Origin: a virus
Lineage: Duplodnaviria > Caudoviricetes
Direction: 5' to 3' (one strand)
DNA: 30,908 bases
IMG/VR virus record: IMGVR_UViG_3300032301_000344
Coordinates: 1 to 30,908 of that record
In this document: in pieces, positions 1-8,474 of the stretch
Layout of the letters: each line of letters begins with the position of its first letter
Numbering within the stretch: the stretch's first letter is position 1
Notes under the pieces: generated by a model
Seen by the model: only the letters and a program-made list of their open reading frames with translations
Databases searched by the model: none
What the model was told of the DNA's origin: nothing
Program-made: the position numbers and the translations under genes

Positions 1-1
1 A

Positions 2-292
2 TGGCACGATGAGTGTGTGCAGAACGCCAAGGGCTACCAGACAAACGCAATCGAGGACATTCATTTCGATCACAATGTGGACTTTAATTTTGTGCTTATT
101 GATGGTTCGCCATTCTCCGGGGAGGCCGAACTTCGATGCGTAAGGCCGTTCTTGGCGGATAAAGCAATCATAGCCTTGGATGATACAAACGACATTAAGA
201 ACTGGACGAACTACCATAAACTAAAGGGATTCGCTAAACTGCTTTGGGAGGATTGGTCGGTGCGTAATGGAGCCGCCATCTTTCAGCTATGA
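2..292 (+). CDS. Putative class I SAM-dependent methyltransferase (5'-truncated by window edge)
   Basis: Frame is open from position 2; FVLIDG...IIALDD pattern resembles Methyltransf_24-like proteins. Confidence 0.55.
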   Translation, partial: WHDECVQNAKGYQTNAIEDIHFDHNVDFNFVLIDGSPFSGEAELRCVRPFLADKAIIALDDTNDIKNWTNYHKLKGFAKLLWEDWSVRNGAAIFQL

Positions 293-801
293 CCAAGGGC
301 GTGATTACATCAGAAGCCCCGCAGATTCATTGGGAGCATCTTAATGTTACTGGTGGCCGAGTGCTGGACTTGGGGTGTGCTTTCTGGACGGAGGACGAAA
401 GGCAAGAGGGCAACGGAACAGCCAAATGCTTCCTATCGCAAAAGCCAGAGTTTTACTTGGGCGTGGACATAAACCAAGGGGACATAACAACGCTTTCGCA
501 ACAATACCCACAAGGCAAGTTCTTATGCGAAAAGGTAGACTCCGCATTTCAAATAGATACTTGGATAACAGAGAGCTCTATCACCCACATTAAGTGCGAC
601 ATCGAGGGAGACGAGACTCAACTTTTGCAGATTGGGAATGTTCACAATCTAAAAGAAATTGCCATCGAGCTACACTATTCAGACGCTTGGCTAAAAGAAT
701 TTATTGATTGGTTCGACTCTATTGGCTTTGAGTGCTATCGGCACGATTCGGTTTCTTTCTGTTCCGAAATCAGCGTCATCTATGGTCGGCTGAAATGCTG
801 A
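289..801 (+). CDS. FkbM-like SAM-dependent methyltransferase
   Basis: VLDLGC motif I, GVD motif II, IKCDIEGDE and IELH, typical of the FkbM family. Confidence 0.7.
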   Translation: MTKGVITSEAPQIHWEHLNVTGGRVLDLGCAFWTEDERQEGNGTAKCFLSQKPEFYLGVDINQGDITTLSQQYPQGKFLCEKVDSAFQIDTWITESSITHIKCDIEGDETQLLQIGNVHNLKEIAIELHYSDAWLKEFIDWFDSIGFECYRHDSVSFCSEISVIYGRLKC

Positions 802-1562
802 CAATCTTTACCATCGTTCTCAATGGGATGCCCTACATAAATAAGCATCTTGATGAGTTCAAGAAGCTAAAGATTCCTTGGCAATGGAGAATTGTTGAGG
901 GCGTTTCCGAGCCTCTGGGATGCACCCGCTGGTGCAAGCAAGTTCCAGATAAATACCACAAGAACTTTGTGAGCGTGGACGGAACGCACGAATATCTGAA
1001 TAGCATTAGGGAATCAAATGTTTCGGTTTATTGGCAAGCCAAGTCTTTCCCCGGAAAGCTGGCGATGATTAAAGAGGCTTTGCAGGGCGTGGAAAAAGGC
1101 GTGGTTATGGAAGTGGATGCCGATGAAATTTGGAGAGCCGACCAGCTAGATGCCATCTATGGGCATCTAAAAGGATGTGAGGAAGGTCGAGCGATGCAGT
1201 TCCATTGCAATTACTATGTTGGGCAAAACAAAAAAGTTGTGACGAAGCAGGGTTTCGGGTCGAACTGGTATGAATGGTTTCGAGCGTGGAAGTGGGGGAA
1301 GGGCATTGAGTTTGTAAGTCACGAACCTCCCAAGCTAAATGTGAATGGCCTTATGATTCCAAGAGGAATGACCGAGGCTTGGGGCTTAACCTTCGAGCAT
1401 TTTGCGTATGCGACCAAAGAGCAAGTTCAATTCAAAGAGGATTTCTATGGTTACAAGGGATTGGTCGAGGGGTGGGAGAAGCTACAAGAAACCAAAGGCC
1501 CGGTTAGGCTTTCGGATTATATGCCATTCGTAGCAGACAAGAGCGTTGCCGATGACTGCTAA
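795..1562 (+). CDS. GT-A fold (GT2-like) glycosyltransferase
   Basis: N-terminal IFTIVLNG strand, S.DGT, EVDADE DxD motif, late H-F-A-Y; ATG 795 overlaps the upstream gene end. Confidence 0.7.
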   Translation: MLTIFTIVLNGMPYINKHLDEFKKLKIPWQWRIVEGVSEPLGCTRWCKQVPDKYHKNFVSVDGTHEYLNSIRESNVSVYWQAKSFPGKLAMIKEALQGVEKGVVMEVDADEIWRADQLDAIYGHLKGCEEGRAMQFHCNYYVGQNKKVVTKQGFGSNWYEWFRAWKWGKGIEFVSHEPPKLNVNGLMIPRGMTEAWGLTFEHFAYATKEQVQFKEDFYGYKGLVEGWEKLQETKGPVRLSDYMPFVADKSVADDC

Positions 1563-2223
1563 AACCATCATCTACCGGGAGCGTCTTGGGGATGTGCTTC
1601 GATGCCTACCAGCGGCCAAGTTCCTAGCCGATAAAGGCCACGAAGTTTTTATTGATTGCTACGAGCAATATGCGGGGGTTTTCGATATGGTTTCATATTG
1701 CCAACTAGGGAACAAGGGAGATCAGATAGACTTGCAGATTTGGCCTACTCGATACGATGCTTTTAGGGCAAGCCGTAAGCCTTGGCACGATTTCGTTTAT
1801 GACCACCCAGAAATTAAGGATGCCGAAAAGACAAACATTGTTCTTGATAAGTTAGACGAAAAGCCAGCCAAGGGGCTTCCAGAAACTTATAACCTAGTAG
1901 CCCCTTTTGGGATTAGCCAAAGCGACTACCGAAACCCACTCGTAATCATAAAGGACGCAAGGGAGCAACTGGGCAAAGACAACTTCTATGTTCTAACCCC
2001 GCCAGACATTAAGATTCAAGGACTAGACACCTACACGGCTCCAAGCATTTCGGAGATGGCAAAGGCTATCCGTGGAGCCTACAATTTCTGGGGCATCAAT
2101 AGTTCGCCAATGATCTTGGCATCCGCAGTTAGGCAAGGCAAAGAAACAATGCTTTTCCCAGAGAGAAACGAGTTTGCTGTTCAGAATGTTTGGGACTTTG
2201 ACGGCCTAATAAAAGCTGATTGA
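1552..2223 (+). CDS. GT-B fold (GT9/heptosyltransferase-like) glycosyltransferase
   Basis: RLGDVL..LPA N-terminal motif; C-terminal GINSSPMILASA resembles the GT9 DSGPMHLAAA motif. Confidence 0.65.
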   Translation: MTAKTIIYRERLGDVLRCLPAAKFLADKGHEVFIDCYEQYAGVFDMVSYCQLGNKGDQIDLQIWPTRYDAFRASRKPWHDFVYDHPEIKDAEKTNIVLDKLDEKPAKGLPETYNLVAPFGISQSDYRNPLVIIKDAREQLGKDNFYVLTPPDIKIQGLDTYTAPSISEMAKAIRGAYNFWGINSSPMILASAVRQGKETMLFPERNEFAVQNVWDFDGLIKAD

Positions 2224-2241
2224 CACACCTAAAAGGTTATG
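2220..2241 (+). promoter_or_regulatory. TTGACA-N13-ATG late-gene box
   Basis: TTGACA 2220-2225, ATG 2239. Confidence 0.6.
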
Positions 2242-2556
2242 TCTGGCACGATTGACACAACCTACTTCTCCACCGATTTGACCTATATGATCGGAGACCT
2301 ATGGGCGAGTGTAACCGGATTGGGTTCCTCGGCGGTTTCGGCAAGCGTTACAGACCTTGGGACTGCACAAGAATTGGATATTGGTGGAGATGTAATTAGG
2401 ATTACACAAAGTTTGGTGGTTAAGGCATCGGCAATATCGGCACCAGCAATCGGACAGCTTTGCTCTGTTTCTGGGGTCGAGAGAATGATTGCTGGCTTTA
2501 GCAAGGCCGCCGATGATGTTTCCTATACCATCGAACTAGCCGACATCACGACCTAA
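2239..2556 (+). CDS. Putative head-closure/head-tail joining protein (gpFII-like)
   Basis: About 105 aa, beta-rich, first gene of the neck block; positional inference. Confidence 0.45.
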   Translation: MSGTIDTTYFSTDLTYMIGDLWASVTGLGSSAVSASVTDLGTAQELDIGGDVIRITQSLVVKASAISAPAIGQLCSVSGVERMIAGFSKAADDVSYTIELADITT

Positions 2557-2972
2557 TGGCTTCCATCGAGCGAGAGGTTGAGAACGCCCTACTCAACGCA
2601 ATCTCGGCGGTTACTGGCGTTAATTTCTACACAAGCGAGCGAGGAACGGCTAGGACGCTTCCCAATGTGGTTGCCAAGGCAACAATAGGCTCCGAGGAGC
2701 TTGGGCCATTTACCGGGGTATTTACCACGCCAGCCATCCTTACCTATACAGCTAGAGCCGACATAAACTCTAGAGCAGAGTTTGATGCCAAGTTTCAAAG
2801 CATCATAGCCCAGCTTTATCGAAGTCCCGATCTTGCAAGCTATATGACTAGCAATTCGAACATTACTTGTTTTGTTGCTAATGTTACCGGAGAAAGTCCA
2901 AGCGTTGTTGCGACTAATAGGACTTGGAGCAATGAGATAACCTTGGACATAAGGGCTACTGCCAAAAAATGA
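2556..2972 (+). CDS. Putative tail terminator/completion protein, copy A
   Basis: 138 aa, upstream of tail tube, helix-strand pattern like gpU/gp17; paralog of the next gene. Confidence 0.45.
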   Translation: MASIEREVENALLNAISAVTGVNFYTSERGTARTLPNVVAKATIGSEELGPFTGVFTTPAILTYTARADINSRAEFDAKFQSIIAQLYRSPDLASYMTSNSNITCFVANVTGESPSVVATNRTWSNEITLDIRATAKK

Positions 2973-3391
2973 GTCAATCCACCCAGATTCTTGTAGAGGA
3001 TGCGGTCTCTAGCCTTTTAAGCGGAGTTTCTGGGCTTAATCGCTATACAACGCAACGCACCGGAGCGAGGCTTTTCCCATATGCTACAATATCGGCATCA
3101 ATCAATTCCCAGCTTCTAGTGCCTTATAGCGGGGTTTATGATCTGAATGTGGCCGTGAACTATTCTGATACTGCGGCAAAAGTCACGCAAGCCGAGTTTG
3201 ATTCTGAATACTGCCTAATTTTTGAAGCCTTTTATTCTGAAAGCCCAACATTGACCGACAAATTACAGAATGTTGTCGTTGGGACGAAGATTCATATGGC
3301 AAGGATTTCTAGCCAAAATCCAACTATAAGAGCCAATAAAAGGGCTTGGCAGAGGGGCTTAACAATCAATGTGATAGCAACGCCACAATGA
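2969..3391 (+). CDS. Putative tail terminator/completion protein, copy B
   Basis: Aligns end-to-end with the previous gene (VE.A.....V.G.N.YT..R..AR..P, AEFD, R.W). Confidence 0.45.
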   Translation: MSQSTQILVEDAVSSLLSGVSGLNRYTTQRTGARLFPYATISASINSQLLVPYSGVYDLNVAVNYSDTAAKVTQAEFDSEYCLIFEAFYSESPTLTDKLQNVVVGTKIHMARISSQNPTIRANKRAWQRGLTINVIATPQ

Positions 3392-3525
3392 GAAGTATTT
3401 TACTAATCTCCACGGCCTTTGTTATTTGTTCTTGCTCCCCGGTGCAAGTGCAGGGCGATAACTATCCAACCAAATATCCAAACACGCCTACTATGGGCGA
3501 TGCGGATAGGGCTGGAACGCTATGA
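3388..3525 (+). CDS. Small putative lipoprotein, 45 aa (not in ORF track)
   Basis: MRSILLISTAFVICSCSPVQ...; signal peptide with lipobox-like Cys; ATGA overlaps at both ends. Confidence 0.55.
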   Translation: MRSILLISTAFVICSCSPVQVQGDNYPTKYPNTPTMGDADRAGTL

Positions 3526-3671
3526 GTAGCGAGGTTGATTGGTCTAAAATCTCCGATGAGGAAAAGATTCGGGCTTTGTCTTACTTATTCGATGAGAATT
3601 TCATTGAAGCGTATGAGGATGAAAATGGAGAATGGTTTATTAGGGTTACCGAAGCAGGGGCAAAGCTATGA
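3522..3671 (+). CDS. Hypothetical protein, 49 aa (not in ORF track)
   Basis: MSSEVDWSKISDEEK...; ATGA-coupled to both neighbours. Confidence 0.6.
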   Translation: MSSEVDWSKISDEEKIRALSYLFDENFIEAYEDENGEWFIRVTEAGAKL

Positions 3672-3910
3672 GCGAGAACGAATCTAGCGAAATTAAAGAG
3701 CTTGCAATCGCCCTTGCTAGGATGGAAGAACGCCAAAAAAATATCAGTGCGATGCTTGAGACAAGCCTTTCCAGATATGCAGACCTTGTGAACCGGGTCA
3801 ATGCCCTAGAGGTATTGAAACATAGGATGCTTGGAATGGTCGCTGTTGCTGGATTTCTTTTCACTATTGGATGGGAAATAATTAAGTCAAAATTCCTATC
3901 TAAACCATAA
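3668..3910 (+). CDS. Coiled-coil plus C-terminal TM protein (XhlA/holin-like)
   Basis: LARMEERQ coiled coil followed by the MLGMVAVAGFLFTIGW membrane helix. Confidence 0.5.
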   Translation: MSENESSEIKELAIALARMEERQKNISAMLETSLSRYADLVNRVNALEVLKHRMLGMVAVAGFLFTIGWEIIKSKFLSKP

Positions 3911-3911
3911 C

Positions 3912-3937
3912 TTGACATAAAGGAGAACTTATCTATG
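3912..3937 (+). promoter_or_regulatory. TTGACA-N17-ATG box with SD (AAGGAG) in the spacer
   Basis: TTGACA 3912-3917, ATG 3935. Confidence 0.6.
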
Positions 3938-4279
3938 CCAGCCGTCACAATCGGAACTCAAGGGCTTGTTTGGGGTTGCACCGCAGAGGTCATCGGCCTT
4001 GTGCAGTCTTTTAGCGAAGCTCGTAACATTAGCAAATCAGAAATAACAAACAATTTCGGGGAAATTGTTGGGGTAGCATATTATAACCCAACCACCGCTT
4101 ATTCGCTCTCCGTTGCTGTAACTGGTGCAATTTCCGTTACGGCTGGTGGTGCTTTAGGGGCACTCGCAAATGCGGCCACCCTCGGAGTAACTCGCATTGA
4201 TTCCTTGACGATCAACAAATCGCCCGATGCGTTTGTTACCCTCGACATCTCGGCTACTGGCTATCCGAACGTAACTTAA
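3935..4279 (+). CDS. Putative tail tube (major tail) protein
   Basis: Strong SD, Thr/Ser/Gly/Val-rich beta protein, upstream of the chaperone pair and tape measure. Confidence 0.6.
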   Translation: MPAVTIGTQGLVWGCTAEVIGLVQSFSEARNISKSEITNNFGEIVGVAYYNPTTAYSLSVAVTGAISVTAGGALGALANAATLGVTRIDSLTINKSPDAFVTLDISATGYPNVT

Positions 4280-4317
4280 TAGGGGTTCCAATCCTCTTAT
4301 TGAAATCCTAATATCTT

Positions 4318-4695
4318 ATGATGGAAGCCTTTTGGGGAACAACAAACATCAAGGTTGCATCTGCAGTTGCCGCATTTGGTGGAAAGCTCCGCACAACTGA
4401 CCCGGTAACAACCCAAGTTTTCGAGGATGGCCGCAGACAAATTACATTTTGGTTCCAAGCCAACGGCTCTGGTGGAAATGCAAGGGATGAGATGGAGCGT
4501 CCTTGGGCCGAAATGAAAAGCGATGATGAGTCACCGATTCGTTATGTAAGAGCCGCCCTTGAAAATCGTGAGACTCTGCTTGGCCTAGTCAAGAGAGCCG
4601 AACCGATTCGAGTTATCCAGCGTGGCAATCAAACCCTTCTTATCCCAGAAAACGCAAAGCCAGAACTCAAGAAAGCAATCCTAAAACACCTATGA
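4318..4695 (+). CDS. Hypothetical protein in tail module
   Basis: 125-aa ORF coupled to the next gene. Confidence 0.75.
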   Translation: MMEAFWGTTNIKVASAVAAFGGKLRTTDPVTTQVFEDGRRQITFWFQANGSGGNARDEMERPWAEMKSDDESPIRYVRAALENRETLLGLVKRAEPIRVIQRGNQTLLIPENAKPELKKAILKHL

Positions 4696-5075
4696 GCATA
4701 TCCCTAGAAGAAGAACTAAATTCAACATTCGTATCCCCAGAGCGTGAGTTTATGGGTGAGAAACTAGCTCCATACACCGAGGGGTCTAGATTGCTTTTGT
4801 TGCAAATTAGAGATGATGAGGATAGCTCGATTTACTTCATTTGGGCTTTTGTCTATATGCACATTGAGCTTGCTAAAGATCGGAAAGAAGCAATCAAATT
4901 AGCTTGGAACAAAAACTTGTTTAGAGAAAAACTATTTCTATGGGCAGATAATAAAACTCAATCTGATCGTGATATTGCAACCAACCTTGTTTCTTCCATT
5001 ATTGAAGAGGCAACCAAGGGACAGATTGAGGTATTGCCAACCCCCGGAGCAATTCAGCAATCGGGAAACGCCTAA
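4692..5075 (+). CDS. Tail assembly chaperone (gpG-like)
   Basis: Ends ...SGNA with G-GGA-AAC slippery heptamer just before the stop. Confidence 0.75.
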   Translation: MSISLEEELNSTFVSPEREFMGEKLAPYTEGSRLLLLQIRDDEDSSIYFIWAFVYMHIELAKDRKEAIKLAWNKNLFREKLFLWADNKTQSDRDIATNLVSSIIEEATKGQIEVLPTPGAIQQSGNA

Positions 5076-5278
5076 CGCCGGGGGGAACAGCTTCTTTCTT
5101 GTTTTCTCTGGCAGAAAAAACTGGCTGGGATATTGATTATATTTTATGGCAAGTTCCACTATCCATTATGTGCCAAGCATCCCATTGTTTCTTGTGGATG
5201 GCTGGTGCAAAATGCAGACGGAAGGGTTCAATGAGTGGGTCGGATGTGGCCGAATTAAGCCGTCTAATGGGCATTTAA
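5063..5278 (+). CDS. -1 frameshift extension of tail chaperone (gpT-like part of G-T fusion)
   Basis: GGGAAAC at 5063-5069; the -1 frame is open to TAA 5276-5278 (RLTPGGTASFLFSLAEKTGWDIDYILWQVPL...). Confidence 0.8.
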   Translation, partial: GKRLTPGGTASFLFSLAEKTGWDIDYILWQVPLSIMCQASHCFLWMAGAKCRRKGSMSGSDVAELSRLMGI

Positions 5279-5296
5279 CAAAAGATTAAGTTTATG
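5275..5296 (+). promoter_or_regulatory. TTAACA-N13-ATG variant of late-gene box
   Basis: One mismatch to TTGACA, same spacing to ATG 5294. Confidence 0.45.
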
Positions 5297-6004
5297 ATTT
5301 CGTATGCCGTAATATTAAATGACAAGGAATTTCTGCAAGCCCTTGATGTTTACAAGCGTTTGAGCAAGAAAACTATGGCTGACGCTATTAACGAAAAGAT
5401 GGTCAATGTGGCGTTTAAGTCTGCTCAATTTACAGAACCCACCGGGCCTAAATCTACGGCCTCTGCAAAAATACGAGCCGAGATTGCCGGACTTCCAATC
5501 ACCAAGGATGGTGGAGTCAATCGTTATGGGGATACGAGGTTTGTTGGTGCATACAAGCTAATGAATTGGCAAAGGAAAAACTCTGGCCTTGTCCCAAGGG
5601 GTAATAAGTTCGGTAGGCGATCTGCCAAGGGTAAGCTACGCAAATTCATTTCACATAGGGCAAAGTCGGCGAAGTGGATTAGGATTGGATGGTCTCAAGC
5701 GGCACAAGCCTTTGGAAAGAAATTCACAAGAGGAAAGTTCGATGAGGCATTAAACAAGAGGCTCGGTGGTGGAATCCCAGCCAAACCAGCCAGCGTTATA
5801 GAGGCCGAGATTTTTAACAATGCAGGGCGTTATGATGTGCGATACAAGCCAGCAAAACCCAGAAACCCATCCGGTGCTATGGTCGTTGGCAAGCCCGGTC
5901 TTATGAAGGGCATACAAGCCGAGATCAAAAATATGTATGCTTATATCATACCAAGGCTTGTAAAAGATTGGTATGGCATAAAAAGCAAAATTAAAGCGAT
6001 ATAA
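5294..6004 (+). CDS. Basic virion morphogenesis protein (gpZ/HK97-gp10-like tail completion, tentative)
   Basis: Lys/Arg-rich 236 aa with N-terminal F..AL..Y helix; tail-module position. Confidence 0.4.
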   Translation: MISYAVILNDKEFLQALDVYKRLSKKTMADAINEKMVNVAFKSAQFTEPTGPKSTASAKIRAEIAGLPITKDGGVNRYGDTRFVGAYKLMNWQRKNSGLVPRGNKFGRRSAKGKLRKFISHRAKSAKWIRIGWSQAAQAFGKKFTRGKFDEALNKRLGGGIPAKPASVIEAEIFNNAGRYDVRYKPAKPRNPSGAMVVGKPGLMKGIQAEIKNMYAYIIPRLVKDWYGIKSKIKAI

Positions 6005-6008
6005 TACA

Positions 6009-7511
6009 ATGCAAGAGTTAAAATTTAAAATTGTTGCAGACAGCACGGGTGTAGATGCCACGATGAAAAACGTGGCAAAAAGCACCGATGGTTTGGCTAC
6101 AAGCGGACAAAAAGCCAAAGCCGCATTTCATCAATTTACAAATGGACTTAAAGATGCAACTAGCGCAAGTGATGTTGCTGGTTCTGCGGCGAATGCATTA
6201 GGCAACACTTTAATAAAAAGCCTAAAAGGGGCGGCAATTGTTGGTGCCGCAAAAGTTTTGGCAGAGCAAATAGAGCAAGTTGCAATATCTCTAAAAGATG
6301 CGGCAACAGCGGCTCAAAAAGCATTTGATGATATAGAAAAAGCTGGGCAAGCAATGAATTTGAGCGAGGCACAATCTCAAGTTGCTTCTATAAATACTCA
6401 ATTAGAAATTACAAAAAATAAAGTTGATGAAATTGAAAAGCACCCATTCAAAAACTTTATCTCGAATGTATCTGGTGCTACGGATTCTCTAAAAGAGCTT
6501 GTAAAGACAGAGGAACGCTTGCGAGATATGAAGCTCGCAGAGGGAATGGTAACGCAAAATGCAACCGAGGAAAGATTGGCCGGGTTAAATGACGAAGAAA
6601 AGGCGTTAGCGGCGATTGAACAAGAATATGAAAAACGCAACAAACTTGCAGAACAAATTACAAACCCGGAAGCATATGAACAATTTCAAAACGCAAGTGC
6701 GGAAAAACACGCAAGGGACAGAAACGCACTTCTTGATAAACAAGCTAAAACTAGAGCAGATAAAGAACAACAATACCAAGAGGAAGTTTTTAAGGCCGAA
6801 ATGGTCGCTTCTAAATTTGAAAGAGAAACAAAAGAGAAGGCCGACAAGGAACTGGCCGAACAAAAAAAAGCCGATGCGGAAGCGGCTCATAAAGAAGAAA
6901 TTTATAATATTGAAGAAGAAGCAAGGCTAGAAGCCGAAAAAGAAAAAACAAAATTTGATAGGGAAATTCGTAATGCTCGGCAGGTTCTTGAGGAACAAAA
7001 GCAAGCAAAGATAGATGCAGATAAGGCCGCCCAAGCCACAAAGACATTTGGAGGAGGATTGCTGGGTGCATCGGCATCTGGAAAATTGGCAATGGAAGCG
7101 GCTCAAAAACAAAGAGAAAGACAAGTCAAACAAGAAAACTTTAAAACTCAAGAGGCTTTTTTTGAGGAGCAAGCAAAAGCAGAAAATGCAAGACGAATTG
7201 CAAAGGGATTGTCTGGTGGGCTTACAGCAGGAGATATGAAAGTGCGTGAAGCAGAAAAAGTTGCCGCCGCCGCCGCCCCAACTCTTGCCGAGCAAGCACA
7301 AGCACAAGCAACCGGGATGAGTGCGGAACAAGTTGCAATCGCAAATGTCGCACAAAGACAGGCCGTGGCTAGCGGGATGGAAGCCGCACCAAAAGAAGAA
7401 ACCAGAGATGCTTGGAAGGGTGAATTAAGTAAAACAATGCAAACAATGGTTGATACTTTGAATAAGTTAATGTCTGCTCCGTTGGTTACATCTGGTGCTG
7501 GGGGTTCATAA
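6009..7511 (+). CDS. Tape measure protein
   Basis: 500 aa, Ala/Glu/Lys/Gln-rich helical; N-terminal ELKFKIVADSTG; follows the chaperone genes. Confidence 0.8.
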   Translation: MQELKFKIVADSTGVDATMKNVAKSTDGLATSGQKAKAAFHQFTNGLKDATSASDVAGSAANALGNTLIKSLKGAAIVGAAKVLAEQIEQVAISLKDAATAAQKAFDDIEKAGQAMNLSEAQSQVASINTQLEITKNKVDEIEKHPFKNFISNVSGATDSLKELVKTEERLRDMKLAEGMVTQNATEERLAGLNDEEKALAAIEQEYEKRNKLAEQITNPEAYEQFQNASAEKHARDRNALLDKQAKTRADKEQQYQEEVFKAEMVASKFERETKEKADKELAEQKKADAEAAHKEEIYNIEEEARLEAEKEKTKFDREIRNARQVLEEQKQAKIDADKAAQATKTFGGGLLGASASGKLAMEAAQKQRERQVKQENFKTQEAFFEEQAKAENARRIAKGLSGGLTAGDMKVREAEKVAAAAAPTLAEQAQAQATGMSAEQVAIANVAQRQAVASGMEAAPKEETRDAWKGELSKTMQTMVDTLNKLMSAPLVTSGAGGS

Positions 7512-8182
7512 TGAGTGCAATTATTATAGGCTCTCCGATGTCTGGAAAGAAAGTCTTGCAAAGACAAGATTTTCAAAGAGATATCAACGGAATGGAAACA
7601 ATCACAGAAAATTATATGATTCGCACGGAAGACAGGCAATCTCTTGCACCGCCTAAAGACACAACCCACGCTTCTTTTTCTGGAGCAACAAAAAAATATG
7701 CAAGAATGGTAGTTGAAACAATTAGTTATGGGGAACAAGATGGCGGACTTACAACAATGTCTGTTTCATACGTTGGTCTTACAAGTTCATCTGGACTGCC
7801 AAAACCATATGTAAGAATGATCCCAACATTTGGAACCGGGGTTTATGGTTCTCCATTAACTATTGAGGCAGAATTTATTACAGACATTACAGAAGCACAA
7901 CTTTCGGCTGGGCAACTTGTTAAGGATATTCCGGCATCGGCGAACTATATTTATGCAACTGCACTTGTTCAAATGCCATCACAATTAAATGGGTTTACAA
8001 TGCCAGCAAATCCAAGGCCGCCCGGCATTACTACAAAAACCAAAGGAGGGCAAATAGTTTATCTTGGATATTGTGTAGATAGTGTTGCATCAGAAAGAAG
8101 GGGTCAATTTTTAACCGCTAGAGTTACATTTAAGGAAAAACAATATGGAACTGGCGTGTTTGTATATGCCAATAGGCTATGA
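7511..8182 (+). CDS. Putative distal tail/baseplate protein
   Basis: Directly after tape measure, beta-rich; positional inference. Confidence 0.45.
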   Translation: MSAIIIGSPMSGKKVLQRQDFQRDINGMETITENYMIRTEDRQSLAPPKDTTHASFSGATKKYARMVVETISYGEQDGGLTTMSVSYVGLTSSSGLPKPYVRMIPTFGTGVYGSPLTIEAEFITDITEAQLSAGQLVKDIPASANYIYATALVQMPSQLNGFTMPANPRPPGITTKTKGGQIVYLGYCVDSVASERRGQFLTARVTFKEKQYGTGVFVYANRL

Positions 8183-8448
8183 GAGAAAATACACTTACAG
8201 AACTTCGTGGAAACTCTAGGCTTGCTTTGGGATTCTTTAATAGTCTTATACGGCGAATTGAATGCACGAAGCCTATTGCCGGGGACGGAATAGCAATTCA
8301 GCCAATAGATAATGGATTTCTTGTAAGCGTATCTCTAGGTATTAACGGAGGTGGTGGTGGAGGTGGAGGCTTATTGAGAACCATAGACCTAAACGTGTGT
8401 TCGAATGGAACTCCAGACGTGATCCAAGTCTATGGACCAGCCGTCTAG
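8179..8448 (+). CDS. Small tail-tip protein with Gly8 linker
   Basis: FN.LIRRIE helix, P.AGDGI motif, poly-Gly. Confidence 0.55.
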   Translation: MRENTLTELRGNSRLALGFFNSLIRRIECTKPIAGDGIAIQPIDNGFLVSVSLGINGGGGGGGGLLRTIDLNVCSNGTPDVIQVYGPAV

Positions 8449-8450
8449 CA

Positions 8451-8474
8451 TTGACATAGAGGGCAGTTAAAATG
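8451..8474 (+). promoter_or_regulatory. TTGACA-N15-ATG late-gene box
   Basis: TTGACA 8451-8456 in intergenic space, ATG 8472. Confidence 0.6.

Noticed and set aside
2220-2250. Reading the TTGACA boxes as ordinary sigma70 -35 elements
   Set aside because: No -10 hexamer at 16-18 nt, and the start site would fall inside the downstream gene; kept as a separate non-canonical motif
4281-4297. tRNA T-arm-like hairpin (GGTTCCAATCC) suggesting a tRNA or attP
   Set aside because: No D-arm, anticodon arm or acceptor stem; only about 38 nt of intergenic space; no integrase seen
6861-6870. A8 run in the tape measure gene as a frameshift site
   Set aside because: Lies in a Lys/Glu-rich, A-rich stretch with no domain boundary; explained by codon usage
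7263-8370. GCC x5 (Ala run) and GGN x8 (Gly run) microsatellites
   Set aside because: In-frame low-complexity linkers; no evidence of switching
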